Positions 51,161 through 59,137 of a DNA stretch of 64,000 nt are shown one piece after another (the stretch's first letter is position 1; the number at the start of each line of letters is the position of its first letter). Under the pieces are notes generated by a model, which was not told the DNA's origin, did not search any database, and saw only the letters and a list, made by a program, of their open reading frames with translations. A program made the translations under genes and the position numbers. The DNA comes from Terasakiella sp. (GTDB lineage: Bacteria; Pseudomonadota; Alphaproteobacteria; Rhodospirillales; Terasakiellaceae): positions 101,966-165,965 of the forward strand of contig NZ_JBLWXN010000001.1 in the NCBI RefSeq assembly GCF_048267425.1, in the 5' to 3' direction.

Positions 51161-51754
51161 ATGGCCCGTCCCAAAAAATCAGACGCGATCGATATACAAG
51201 ACCATGCTGTTACAGAAGTCATAGCCCTGTTGCGAGACGGCACACACACATTTTCCTTAAACACCATTGCCAAGAAAATCGGCTGTAGCGCCCCTGCCCT
51301 GTACGCCTATTTTTCTAGTAAGGATGATTTGCTGGACCATGTCCGCCAACGGGCCTTTCAAGACTTATTGGCCCAAAAACAAAGTAGATACGAGACAGAA
51401 GCCCCCTCAGAGCCTATTCAAAGTTTGCGAAACGGCGGACATTATTTCATTTCCTTTGCCCAAGAAAATCCAAATCTCTATCGATTGATTTTCACACCGG
51501 ATCATAACAGCAAGGCAGCCGATATAAATGTCGCAGAAACGTTGTTACAGCCCCTGATAAACGGTGTTCGTAATGCCCAACCGCATGCTTTAAAACAAGG
51601 CATAGAAGCCGAGTCGCTCGCTTATCTTATGTGGAATGCCGTGCACGGTGCCATTCTCATGGCGATGGAAAACAACGGGACCTTTTCGTGGGGGCAGGCT
51701 TATGAAGTGGTCGATACCGTTATGACGCTTCTGTTCCCTACTGCACCAAAATAG
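51161..51754 (+). CDS. TetR/AcrR family regulator (WHG-type C-terminus)
   Basis: SLNTIAKKIGCSAPALYAYFSSKDDL; MWNAVHG. Confidence 0.9.
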   Translation: MARPKKSDAIDIQDHAVTEVIALLRDGTHTFSLNTIAKKIGCSAPALYAYFSSKDDLLDHVRQRAFQDLLAQKQSRYETEAPSEPIQSLRNGGHYFISFAQENPNLYRLIFTPDHNSKAADINVAETLLQPLINGVRNAQPHALKQGIEAESLAYLMWNAVHGAILMAMENNGTFSWGQAYEVVDTVMTLLFPTAPK

Positions 51755-51763
51755 GATGAGAAT

Positions 51764-52612
51764 ATGAAAATTTCACGCCCCCTCACAATTGGCCTGCTCA
51801 GCCTATCTATCGCAATCAGCTTATTTATTGGTTATAGCGACCATTCGATGAAGCAAACCATTCAAGGTTTTGAACAGCGTATCATCTCGTCGGCAAAAAG
51901 CTTTTCACTCCCTGATGCAGCAGAAATTCAGGCTTTGCCCCAACCTGTTCAACGTTATTTTGCTTTCACCTTCCCAAATGGTTTTCCCGAGCAAAAGCAA
52001 TATGTCGTGGTCAAAATGCAAGGCATGTTTCGCCGCCCTTTAACACAAAGTTTTGAACCCACAACCGCCCGTCAAGTTGCCAGTTTTACCCGGCCCGATA
52101 TGGTGTTCAGCGCCAGTACGCCTATCTTCGGGCCGATCTGGGCAGACGTTTATGATCGATTTATTGAAGGCGAGATGCAAATGGAGGCCAAGCTTTTATC
52201 CGCATTTTCCGTCGTGCATGAAGACAAGAATCCCAGCCTTAATCAAATCTCACTTCGGCGTTGGTTATTGGAAAGTCCGACCTATCCTATGGCGCTTTTG
52301 CCCGGTGGTATTGTGACATGGCATGCGATTGATGATACCCACGCTTTAGCGGTTGCTTCTGCCTATGGGATCAAGGCCGAACTCATAGCCACGTTTGGCC
52401 CAAATGGTGAATTGCTTTCCTTTGACGCAACAAAACCCGGTGACTTAACCACCCCGTATCACGGATCGGGCGAACGCGTCAGCCGATCAGATTTCCAACT
52501 GGTCAACAATATACGCCTGCCCATGTCGTTTGAAATATCACGTGTCGGCAAAGACGCAATCGCCCATCCTTTCTGGCGCGCAAAAATTACAGATATTCAC
52601 TTTGCCCCTTAA
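51764..52612 (+). CDS. DUF6544-like exported hypothetical protein
   Basis: N-terminal hydrophobic helix; LPQPVQRYF, RWLLESPTYPMALLP; family assignment from memory. Confidence 0.6.
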   Translation: MKISRPLTIGLLSLSIAISLFIGYSDHSMKQTIQGFEQRIISSAKSFSLPDAAEIQALPQPVQRYFAFTFPNGFPEQKQYVVVKMQGMFRRPLTQSFEPTTARQVASFTRPDMVFSASTPIFGPIWADVYDRFIEGEMQMEAKLLSAFSVVHEDKNPSLNQISLRRWLLESPTYPMALLPGGIVTWHAIDDTHALAVASAYGIKAELIATFGPNGELLSFDATKPGDLTTPYHGSGERVSRSDFQLVNNIRLPMSFEISRVGKDAIAHPFWRAKITDIHFAP

Positions 52613-52616
52613 ACAT

Positions 52617-52657
52617 AAAAAACGCCCCGACAACATCTCGCTGCCGGGGCGTTTTTT
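52617..52657. terminator. Bidirectional intrinsic terminator
   Basis: aaaaaacgccccg...cggggcgtttttt. Confidence 0.88.
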
Positions 52658-52682
52658 AAGAATACGCTTTTAAGATAAAAGC

Positions 52683-53708
52683 TTATTTCTTCAAGTGGTC
52701 ACGAACCAGAACTTCTGCGATTTGGACGGTGTTCAACGCAGCACCTTTGCGCAGGTTGTCGGACACACACCAGAAAGACAGACCGTTTTCAACAGTATCG
52801 TCTTTGCGGATACGAGAGACATAAGTCGCATCTTCACCCGCACATTCGACCTGAGTCACATAACCTTCGTCTTCGTGATGATCGACAACCACCAAGCCAT
52901 CTTGGGCCTGCATCACTTCACGTGCACGGGCAACATCAATCGGCTTTTTGGTTTCGATGTTGATATATTCAGCATGACCAATGAACGCAGGAACACGACA
53001 GCAGTTGGCGTGGACCTTGATATTCGGGTCGAGAATTTTTGCAGTCTCTACCTTCATTTTCCATTCTTCTTTGGTCGCGCCGTCATCCATAAAGACATCG
53101 ATATGCGGAATGCAGTTAAACGCGATTTGCTTGGTGAATTTCTTTTTGGTTTCAGACGCAGGCTTATTCATAAAGATGCCTTTTGTCTGTTCAAACAGTT
53201 CATCCATCGCATCTTTACCACCGCCGGAAACAGACTGGTAAGTGGAAACAATCACGCGCTCGATACCAAATTCTTCATGCAACGGCTTCAACGCAACCAT
53301 CATCTGAATGGTCGAGCAGTTCGGGTTCGCGATAATGCCTTTTTTCTTGTAATCCGCAATTGCTTCCGGGTTTACTTCAGGAACGATCAACGGAACATCC
53401 GGGTCCATACGGAAATGGGATGTATTATCCACAACAACTGCACCGGCTTCGGCTGCGCGCGGGGAATATTTCGCAGAAATTGCACCACCCGGTGAAGACA
53501 GAACAATGTCGGTCCCGGTGAAGTCAAACGTATCCAGATCCTGAACTTTCAGGATTTGGTCTTCCCCGTAAGAAATTTCACGACCGACCGAACGACGAGA
53601 CGCCAGCGCGACAACTTCGTCTGCCGGAAAATTACGTTCTGCCATAATCTGGAGCATTTCACGGCCTACATTGCCGGTGGCGCCCATAACTGCAACTTTA
53701 TAACCCAT
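52683..53708 (-). CDS. asd: Aspartate-semialdehyde dehydrogenase
   Basis: VAVMGATGNVG, VVDNTSHFRM, ANPNCST, YQSVSGGG, DNLRKGAALNTVQIAE. Confidence 0.98.
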   Translation of the reverse strand: MGYKVAVMGATGNVGREMLQIMAERNFPADEVVALASRRSVGREISYGEDQILKVQDLDTFDFTGTDIVLSSPGGAISAKYSPRAAEAGAVVVDNTSHFRMDPDVPLIVPEVNPEAIADYKKKGIIANPNCSTIQMMVALKPLHEEFGIERVIVSTYQSVSGGGKDAMDELFEQTKGIFMNKPASETKKKFTKQIAFNCIPHIDVFMDDGATKEEWKMKVETAKILDPNIKVHANCCRVPAFIGHAEYINIETKKPIDVARAREVMQAQDGLVVVDHHEDEGYVTQVECAGEDATYVSRIRKDDTVENGLSFWCVSDNLRKGAALNTVQIAEVLVRDHLKK

Positions 53709-53779
53709 CTTGCTTTCCTTTGTATTGTGGCCCAGTGGTGTCTTCCGCCTGTTCCATTTCCCGATTGATGTTGCACATA

Positions 53780-53824
53780 CGAAAAAAGGCCCGAAGCGGT
53801 AATCCCCGCGAGGGCCTTTTTTCG
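53780..53824 (-). terminator. Attenuator terminator upstream of asd
   Basis: Perfect 13-bp inverted repeat cgaaaaaaggccc/gggccttttttcg with inner gcgg/ccgc stem; U6 tract on the asd strand. Confidence 0.88.
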
Positions 53825-53854
53825 AATATACGATCCGTTTTCAGTCCCCGCAGG

Positions 53855-53980
53855 CTACGCTTTAGTCGTCGTAGTCGTCTTGGTTTTCGTGAAGCCGGTG
53901 AAGAGCGTGCATGCAACATCACCCGCAAAACCTTTTGCGGTGGTCTTTTTAACAGACATGATGTTTTGTGCGTTCAACAT
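53855..53980 (-). CDS. Thr/Lys-rich leader peptide of asd (not in ORF track)
   Basis: MLNAQNIMSVKKTTAKGFAGDVACTLFTGFTKTKTTTTTKA*; 11 Thr and 6 Lys of 41 codons; gaagag upstream; second in-frame ATG at 53959. Confidence 0.82.
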   Translation of the reverse strand: MLNAQNIMSVKKTTAKGFAGDVACTLFTGFTKTKTTTTTKA

Positions 53981-54012
53981 TTAAAGACACTCTTCAAAAA
54001 AATCGTGGCCCT

Positions 54013-54041
54013 TTCATACTGAAATTTACACCATTTGTCTA
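54013..54041 (-). promoter_or_regulatory. Promoter of the asd leader
   Basis: TAGACA-17-TATGAA; predicted start about 26 nt before the leader ATG. Confidence 0.65.
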
Positions 54042-54071
54042 GAGTCTGTTTTCGCAAATGCACAAAAGGGC

Positions 54072-54704
54072 CTAAACGTTTTGATCGTTTGTTCGCATTT
54101 CAGCAAGCGCGCGCGTCACAATTTGTGCAGCCCCCCACAAGCCGAGACCTGCAATTCCCAAACCAACAACGATATCCGGCCAACCTGTTTGAGAGGCCCA
54201 AACACCAGCACCGGCCAGCATAACCGCAATATTGCCAATGGCATCGTTGCGTGAACAAATCCAGATAGACTGGCGGTTGGCATCACCGCTGCGATGTCGA
54301 AACAAAAGCAAGGCCACAACAACATTGGTGATTAACGCCATAAAGCCGATAATGCCCATTACTTCAGCCCGCGGGACAGTGCCGTTTATGATATGGGAAA
54401 CCGATACAAACAAAACATAAGCCCCGACCATGCCCATGCAAACACCTTTAAACAATGCGGCTTTGGACCTGGCTTGCAAGCTCATGCCCAACACAATCAA
54501 GGTAATGGCATAATTCGCCCCGTCAGAGAAAAAGTCCACCGCATCCGCTGTCAACGCCAGAGAATTTCCCATTGCCCCGGCGATGATTTCAATAAAGAAC
54601 ATCCCCAAATTAACCACCAGCGAAAACCATAGAATCCGGCGATATGTTTTATCAACAACGGGCGCGTCCTGAGAAGAACAACAACTGGAACATCCGGCAC
54701 TCAT
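54072..54704 (-). CDS. Cation diffusion facilitator lacking the cytosolic C-terminal domain
   Basis: Cys-rich N-terminus GCSSCCSS, SLALTADAVDFFSD, WICSRND, WPD; ends soon after the last TM. Confidence 0.8.
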   Translation of the reverse strand: MSAGCSSCCSSQDAPVVDKTYRRILWFSLVVNLGMFFIEIIAGAMGNSLALTADAVDFFSDGANYAITLIVLGMSLQARSKAALFKGVCMGMVGAYVLFVSVSHIINGTVPRAEVMGIIGFMALITNVVVALLLFRHRSGDANRQSIWICSRNDAIGNIAVMLAGAGVWASQTGWPDIVVGLGIAGLGLWGAAQIVTRALAEMRTNDQNV

Positions 54705-55000
54705 AACTCTTCTTCCTCATGGACGTGATCAATCATATCTTTCAAGGTGCAACTGATATGGGCATCATGGGCCTTGTAAAAGACTTGCCGACCCGCACGA
54801 CGCGGGCGCACCAAACGCGCGCCACGCAACAGGCGCAAATGGTGAGACACCAGAGATTGCGACGCTTGGGTAATTGCCACAATATCACCAACCGACTTTT
54901 CTTCTTCCATACAGGAAATCAAAATTGCCAAACGGGTTGGATCACCCAGCAGTTTAAAAACTTCGGACAGTTCAATAAGCTGGTCTTGTTCAATTTTCAT
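54701..55000 (-). CDS. ArsR/SmtB family metal-responsive repressor
   Basis: FKLLGDPTRLAIL, SQSLVSHHLRLLR, alpha5-like DAH..x..DHVHE; SD ggag, start ATG 55000. Confidence 0.92.
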   Translation of the reverse strand: MKIEQDQLIELSEVFKLLGDPTRLAILISCMEEEKSVGDIVAITQASQSLVSHHLRLLRGARLVRPRRAGRQVFYKAHDAHISCTLKDMIDHVHEEEEL

Positions 55001-55017
55001 ATCAATAACTCCAATTA

Positions 55018-55051
55018 ATGAATATGTATTCATATGTTTGAGCTATGTCAA
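55018..55051 (-). promoter_or_regulatory. ArsR-CDF promoter with SmtB-type operator
   Basis: TTGACA-17-TACATA; palindrome ATGAATA-N2-TATTCAT (55018-33) over the -10. Confidence 0.75.
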
Positions 55052-55091
55052 GACTGACCTGCAAACTGGATTGGAAAACAGGTTCGTTTCC

Positions 55092-56261
55092 TTAAGAAGA
55101 TTCGATTCTGTCTGTCGGCGGAGCAAGGTCTTCAGCCGGACTTTCATCGCCGATCTGAATTTCCTCAATCTTCTCGCCTCGTCTGGTGATTTTGCCGGTC
55201 GTGATTTGGATATCGCGGATATCTTTTGCCGTTTGGCCGAAATGGCGATCCAGATTCTCGACCCGTTTGTCCAGACGTTCCACATCTTCCAACAAGGTCA
55301 TGACTTCTTTTTGGATGCGCCCGGCTTCTTCGCGCATGCGCGCATCTTTCAAGACAGCCCGCACCGTATTCAAGGTCGCCATTAAGGTTGTCGGGGACAC
55401 AATCCAGACTTTTGCTTTATAGGATTTTTCAACCACATCCACGAAATTAGAATGCAATTCCCCATAAATACTTTCACTGGGTAAAAACATCAGCGCGCTT
55501 TCTGCCGTTTCCCCGGGGATAATATATTTTTCGGAAATATCTTTAATGTGCTTCAATAAATCCGTCTTAAACGTGCGCGTCGCCAAAAGTTTATCCTGAT
55601 CGTTTTCCGCATTTTGTAAGGCCTGATAACTTTCCAACGGAAATTTGGAGTCAATACAGATAGATCCCGGTGGATTGGGCAAATGCAGAACACAATCGGC
55701 CCGTTTGGTATTGGACAAGGTCACCTGAAAAGCATAAGCCGAAGGCGGCAAAGCATTGGTCACCAACATTTCCAACTGCACTTCCCCAAACGCCCCACGA
55801 GTTTGTTTATTGGACAGAATATCCTGCAACCCGACCATTTGTTGGGACAAATCCATGATATTTTTCTGAGCAGTGTCAATAACCGCCAAGCGTTCCGTTA
55901 AATTTGACATATGCTTGGCTGTTGATTTTGTTTGTTCCAACAAGCCTTCCCCCATCCGGTGCGTCAAATTTGCCAAACGCTCATCCAAAGTCTTGGTTAT
56001 GGCCCGTTCCTGTGCCTGCAAACGTTCGTTCACCGCCTGCTGGGCACGGTCTTGGGTTTCATGCAACTGAGCAAGACGGCCTGTCAATTCGCTGTTGGCC
56101 CGGCTCAGTTCCATCATATGTCGGCTCAGCACATCGGCTTGTGACTCGCCCTCTTCCTTTGCCGGTTTGCGTAAAATCGCCCAACCCGCAAGAATAAGGC
56201 AAAAGGCCGAAAATCCGGCAAGTACCGCAATCAACAAATCGTTATTTTGCAAAAAATCCAA
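55092..56261 (-). CDS. rmuC: DNA recombination protein RmuC
   Basis: KQTRGAFGEVQLE, IDSKFPL, MFLPSE, VSPTTLMATL. Confidence 0.93.
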   Translation of the reverse strand: MDFLQNNDLLIAVLAGFSAFCLILAGWAILRKPAKEEGESQADVLSRHMMELSRANSELTGRLAQLHETQDRAQQAVNERLQAQERAITKTLDERLANLTHRMGEGLLEQTKSTAKHMSNLTERLAVIDTAQKNIMDLSQQMVGLQDILSNKQTRGAFGEVQLEMLVTNALPPSAYAFQVTLSNTKRADCVLHLPNPPGSICIDSKFPLESYQALQNAENDQDKLLATRTFKTDLLKHIKDISEKYIIPGETAESALMFLPSESIYGELHSNFVDVVEKSYKAKVWIVSPTTLMATLNTVRAVLKDARMREEAGRIQKEVMTLLEDVERLDKRVENLDRHFGQTAKDIRDIQITTGKITRRGEKIEEIQIGDESPAEDLAPPTDRIESS

Positions 56262-56389
56262 GTGAATATTCCTTATCGACTATCAATGTCAGACATCCAT
56301 AGCATGTTTTTTTCGATGCGCAAGCTTGCCCCTTTTCCCGAGAAGAGGCAACATGCAGAAAAAGAGATTTCATACCGGAGTTGTCAGAC

Positions 56390-57799
56390 ATGTCCTTTTC
56401 ACGCCCCTTTTTGTTAAGTGCCGCTGTTCTTGCCCTTGGTGCCGGCGCCCTGCATGCCGAAACCGTCCTTGATCAACGACAACGCAATGACCTTTCCTTG
56501 ACCCTTTATCAAAACGGTCTGGGCTTTGTGCGCGATGTCCGCAAGGCCAACTTGACAGGCGCTGAACAGACTTTTGTGTTTGAAGATATCAGCACCCAGC
56601 TTACACCGGACAGCCTGCTCATTTCCGGGAAGGGCTTTCGTGTGTTGGAGCGCCGTTTCGATTTTGATTTGCTGACCCCCAACGCCCTTTTGGAAAAATC
56701 TGTCGGTCAAACCGTTCATTTTCGCCGATTTAACAGCGTCAGCGGGAAAGATGATCTTATTGAAGCCAAAATCCTATCTGCACAAGGCCAAACGATTATC
56801 GAACGCGATGGTCGCATCGAAGTGGGGCAACCCGGACAATTGGTTATTGAAAGCCTGCCCGAAGGATTACGCGCCAAACCCGCTCTAACCGCCAAGGTTG
56901 ATGCAGCAAAAAAAGGCGAAACCACAATGGCTTTGGCCTATCTGTCATCCGGTCTGAAATGGCATACTTCCTATAGTGCTGAGTTGGCAGGCGATGGCAA
57001 AAGCCTCGTTCTGCAAAGTTGGGCCAACCTGACCAATACAAGTGGGGTCAGTTACCGTGCCGCCAATCTCAGTTTGGCTGCAGGCCAGGTCAATCGTCAA
57101 ACCGTTGCGCGTAATTTTAACCGTATGGTACGCGCCGAAGCGGCCCCGATGATGGACATGGGCGCTGCCGTCGCAAAAACGGCCCAGCCCCCTCAGGCCT
57201 TGGGTGCCATCCATTTATACAATCTGCCGGATAAAGTCGATCTCAACGACAATGAAACAAAACAAGTCGCCTTAATGCATCCGCTCAACTTTAAAAGCGA
57301 ACGTGAACTCGTTCAGCGCTTTGGTCCCACCTACGGCGAAATGAATTTCGACAGCCCGCCTGCACACCCGCAGGTCGAGTTGACCTTTAACAACACCTCG
57401 AAAAACCCGCTCCCGGACGGCATTTTGCGTCTTTATAGACGGGACGCGCAAGGTCAGCTTCAATTTGTTGGTGAAGACAACCTGACCCGCACCCCGAAAG
57501 ACGGCGAAGCCACCTTGCACCCCGGTGAAAGTTTTGATGTGACGATTGAACGCAATCAGACGTCTTTTGAACGCAAAGGCAAAGACAGTTTCAATGCGGC
57601 TTACAAAATCGTCATCAAAAATGCCAAAGACAGTGCTGAAACGGTACGTATTGAAGAAGCCTTCCCCGGTCAATGGTCCTTAAGTGACACAAGCACAAAA
57701 CCGGACAGCCAGAAAAACAACACTGCTATCTGGAAAATTAAAGTCCCGGCTGGAAAGGAAAAAATCCTGACTTATCAAGTCAGTGTTCGATTACGTTAA
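56390..57799 (+). CDS. DUF4139 domain secreted protein
   Basis: Signal peptide; LSLTLYQNGLGFVRD, LAYLSSGLKWHTSY, TPKDGEATL; SD ggag before ATG 56390. Confidence 0.8.
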   Translation: MSFSRPFLLSAAVLALGAGALHAETVLDQRQRNDLSLTLYQNGLGFVRDVRKANLTGAEQTFVFEDISTQLTPDSLLISGKGFRVLERRFDFDLLTPNALLEKSVGQTVHFRRFNSVSGKDDLIEAKILSAQGQTIIERDGRIEVGQPGQLVIESLPEGLRAKPALTAKVDAAKKGETTMALAYLSSGLKWHTSYSAELAGDGKSLVLQSWANLTNTSGVSYRAANLSLAAGQVNRQTVARNFNRMVRAEAAPMMDMGAAVAKTAQPPQALGAIHLYNLPDKVDLNDNETKQVALMHPLNFKSERELVQRFGPTYGEMNFDSPPAHPQVELTFNNTSKNPLPDGILRLYRRDAQGQLQFVGEDNLTRTPKDGEATLHPGESFDVTIERNQTSFERKGKDSFNAAYKIVIKNAKDSAETVRIEEAFPGQWSLSDTSTKPDSQKNNTAIWKIKVPAGKEKILTYQVSVRLR

Positions 57800-59106
57800 A
57801 CTGCCATATTATTAAAGAAATCGATCTGCCACTGCATTTCATCATCTGACAGAGCGTAATTTCCATCGTTGGCGCGCAAAATATCATCCGCTGCAATATG
57901 GGCAACCTTCGCCTGAATAAATGCGGCGGTTTGCGCATCCATACCCGCTTTCCAACACAGCGCAACAACCCCGCGCGCGCTGCGCATGGCAATCATACGC
58001 AAAGCAACAGAAAGATGGATATGTGCACATTCCGATAAACCGGCAACGACAAAATCATTATCGCCTTCCATCAGGGCATTAATGATCACCTGTGGGGTCA
58101 ACCTGTGCATCCGTTTCAGGTTTTTTGCAATGACGTGGGGTGGCTGTTGGAACAGCCATGCATATTCGCGTCTTAAATCCGCGTTGCCACCTTCATCGGG
58201 TTTCGGCTGTGCCGGTTTGTTATTATTGGCATTATGGGTTTGTTTGATCCGGCGATTGACTTCTTCACGAACGATCGACAAGGTCTTGGCGCTTAAATCT
58301 TTACGATGTTTAAGGCTATCCAAAAGATTACCCGCAACAAATTCCGCCAATCGTTGCGCGGCATATTCGCTCAGGACCGGGCGATGAACCAGCGGGCCTT
58401 GCCAATCTTCGACATTGCGCGATTGTTCAACCAATTGATCCAGCATTTCTTCGCGGATTTGGGCACTTTCATTACACAGCAGTGTCGTAATGGCCGCGAC
58501 ATCGTGGGTATCCACAATCGCATCAGACACCTTGACACTAACGGTTTTCCGGTTGGAAATCGCGCCAAGCGCCCCTGAAGAAATTCCATTGGAAATAATA
58601 TCAAGAAGATCTTCATCCCTTAAAACCGGTGAATGTTCCAACACCGGGCAGGCAACCGATAATTCAGAATCGCGCGCCAATCGCTTGATCAACTCTTCCG
58701 GAGCCTGTGCAACGTCTTTTAGCGTTTCGGCCAAAATGGTTCGCACGTTGGACAACTGATCGGAGGCAAGAATTTCCAAGGCTTGAAAGGCATAACTTTG
58801 CACCCGATCCACTTCATAAGCGGTTAATTTAGGGGCAAGGCGCGCAATTTTCTCTGCAAGGTCTGAGCGGATTTCATCACTGCTGTCTTTGGCAAGCTCA
58901 ATATAAGCCCGTGCCGGTGTCGCCTTGTTATGGGCAATGGCTTTGCGGACTTCCGGTGCGGGATCACCGGCAAGGTAAAACAGAATTTCCGGGCGAATAT
59001 CCTCACGCTCAGCCAAAGATTTGCGCACAGACACATCTTGATGGCGCGCAAGCTCTTTTGCCTCCTCGTATGTTAAAGGAGCGTCATGCACCGGGTCTCT
59101 TGTCAT
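57796..59106 (-). CDS. DUF2336 domain protein with N-terminal helical repeats
   Basis: VACPVLEHSPVLRDEDL, ISNRKTVSVKVSDAIV, LLCNESAQI. Confidence 0.8.
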   Translation of the reverse strand: MTRDPVHDAPLTYEEAKELARHQDVSVRKSLAEREDIRPEILFYLAGDPAPEVRKAIAHNKATPARAYIELAKDSSDEIRSDLAEKIARLAPKLTAYEVDRVQSYAFQALEILASDQLSNVRTILAETLKDVAQAPEELIKRLARDSELSVACPVLEHSPVLRDEDLLDIISNGISSGALGAISNRKTVSVKVSDAIVDTHDVAAITTLLCNESAQIREEMLDQLVEQSRNVEDWQGPLVHRPVLSEYAAQRLAEFVAGNLLDSLKHRKDLSAKTLSIVREEVNRRIKQTHNANNNKPAQPKPDEGGNADLRREYAWLFQQPPHVIAKNLKRMHRLTPQVIINALMEGDNDFVVAGLSECAHIHLSVALRMIAMRSARGVVALCWKAGMDAQTAAFIQAKVAHIAADDILRANDGNYALSDDEMQWQIDFFNNMAV

Positions 59107-59137
59107 CTGTTCAGGGCACCTTGTTTATTTATTCTCA

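Noticed and set aside
53698-54022. ORF-track ORFs 53698..53928 (-) and 53720..54022 (+)
   Set aside because: They are alternative frames across the attenuator and run through the terminator. The frame with SD, promoter and codon signal is 53980-53855.
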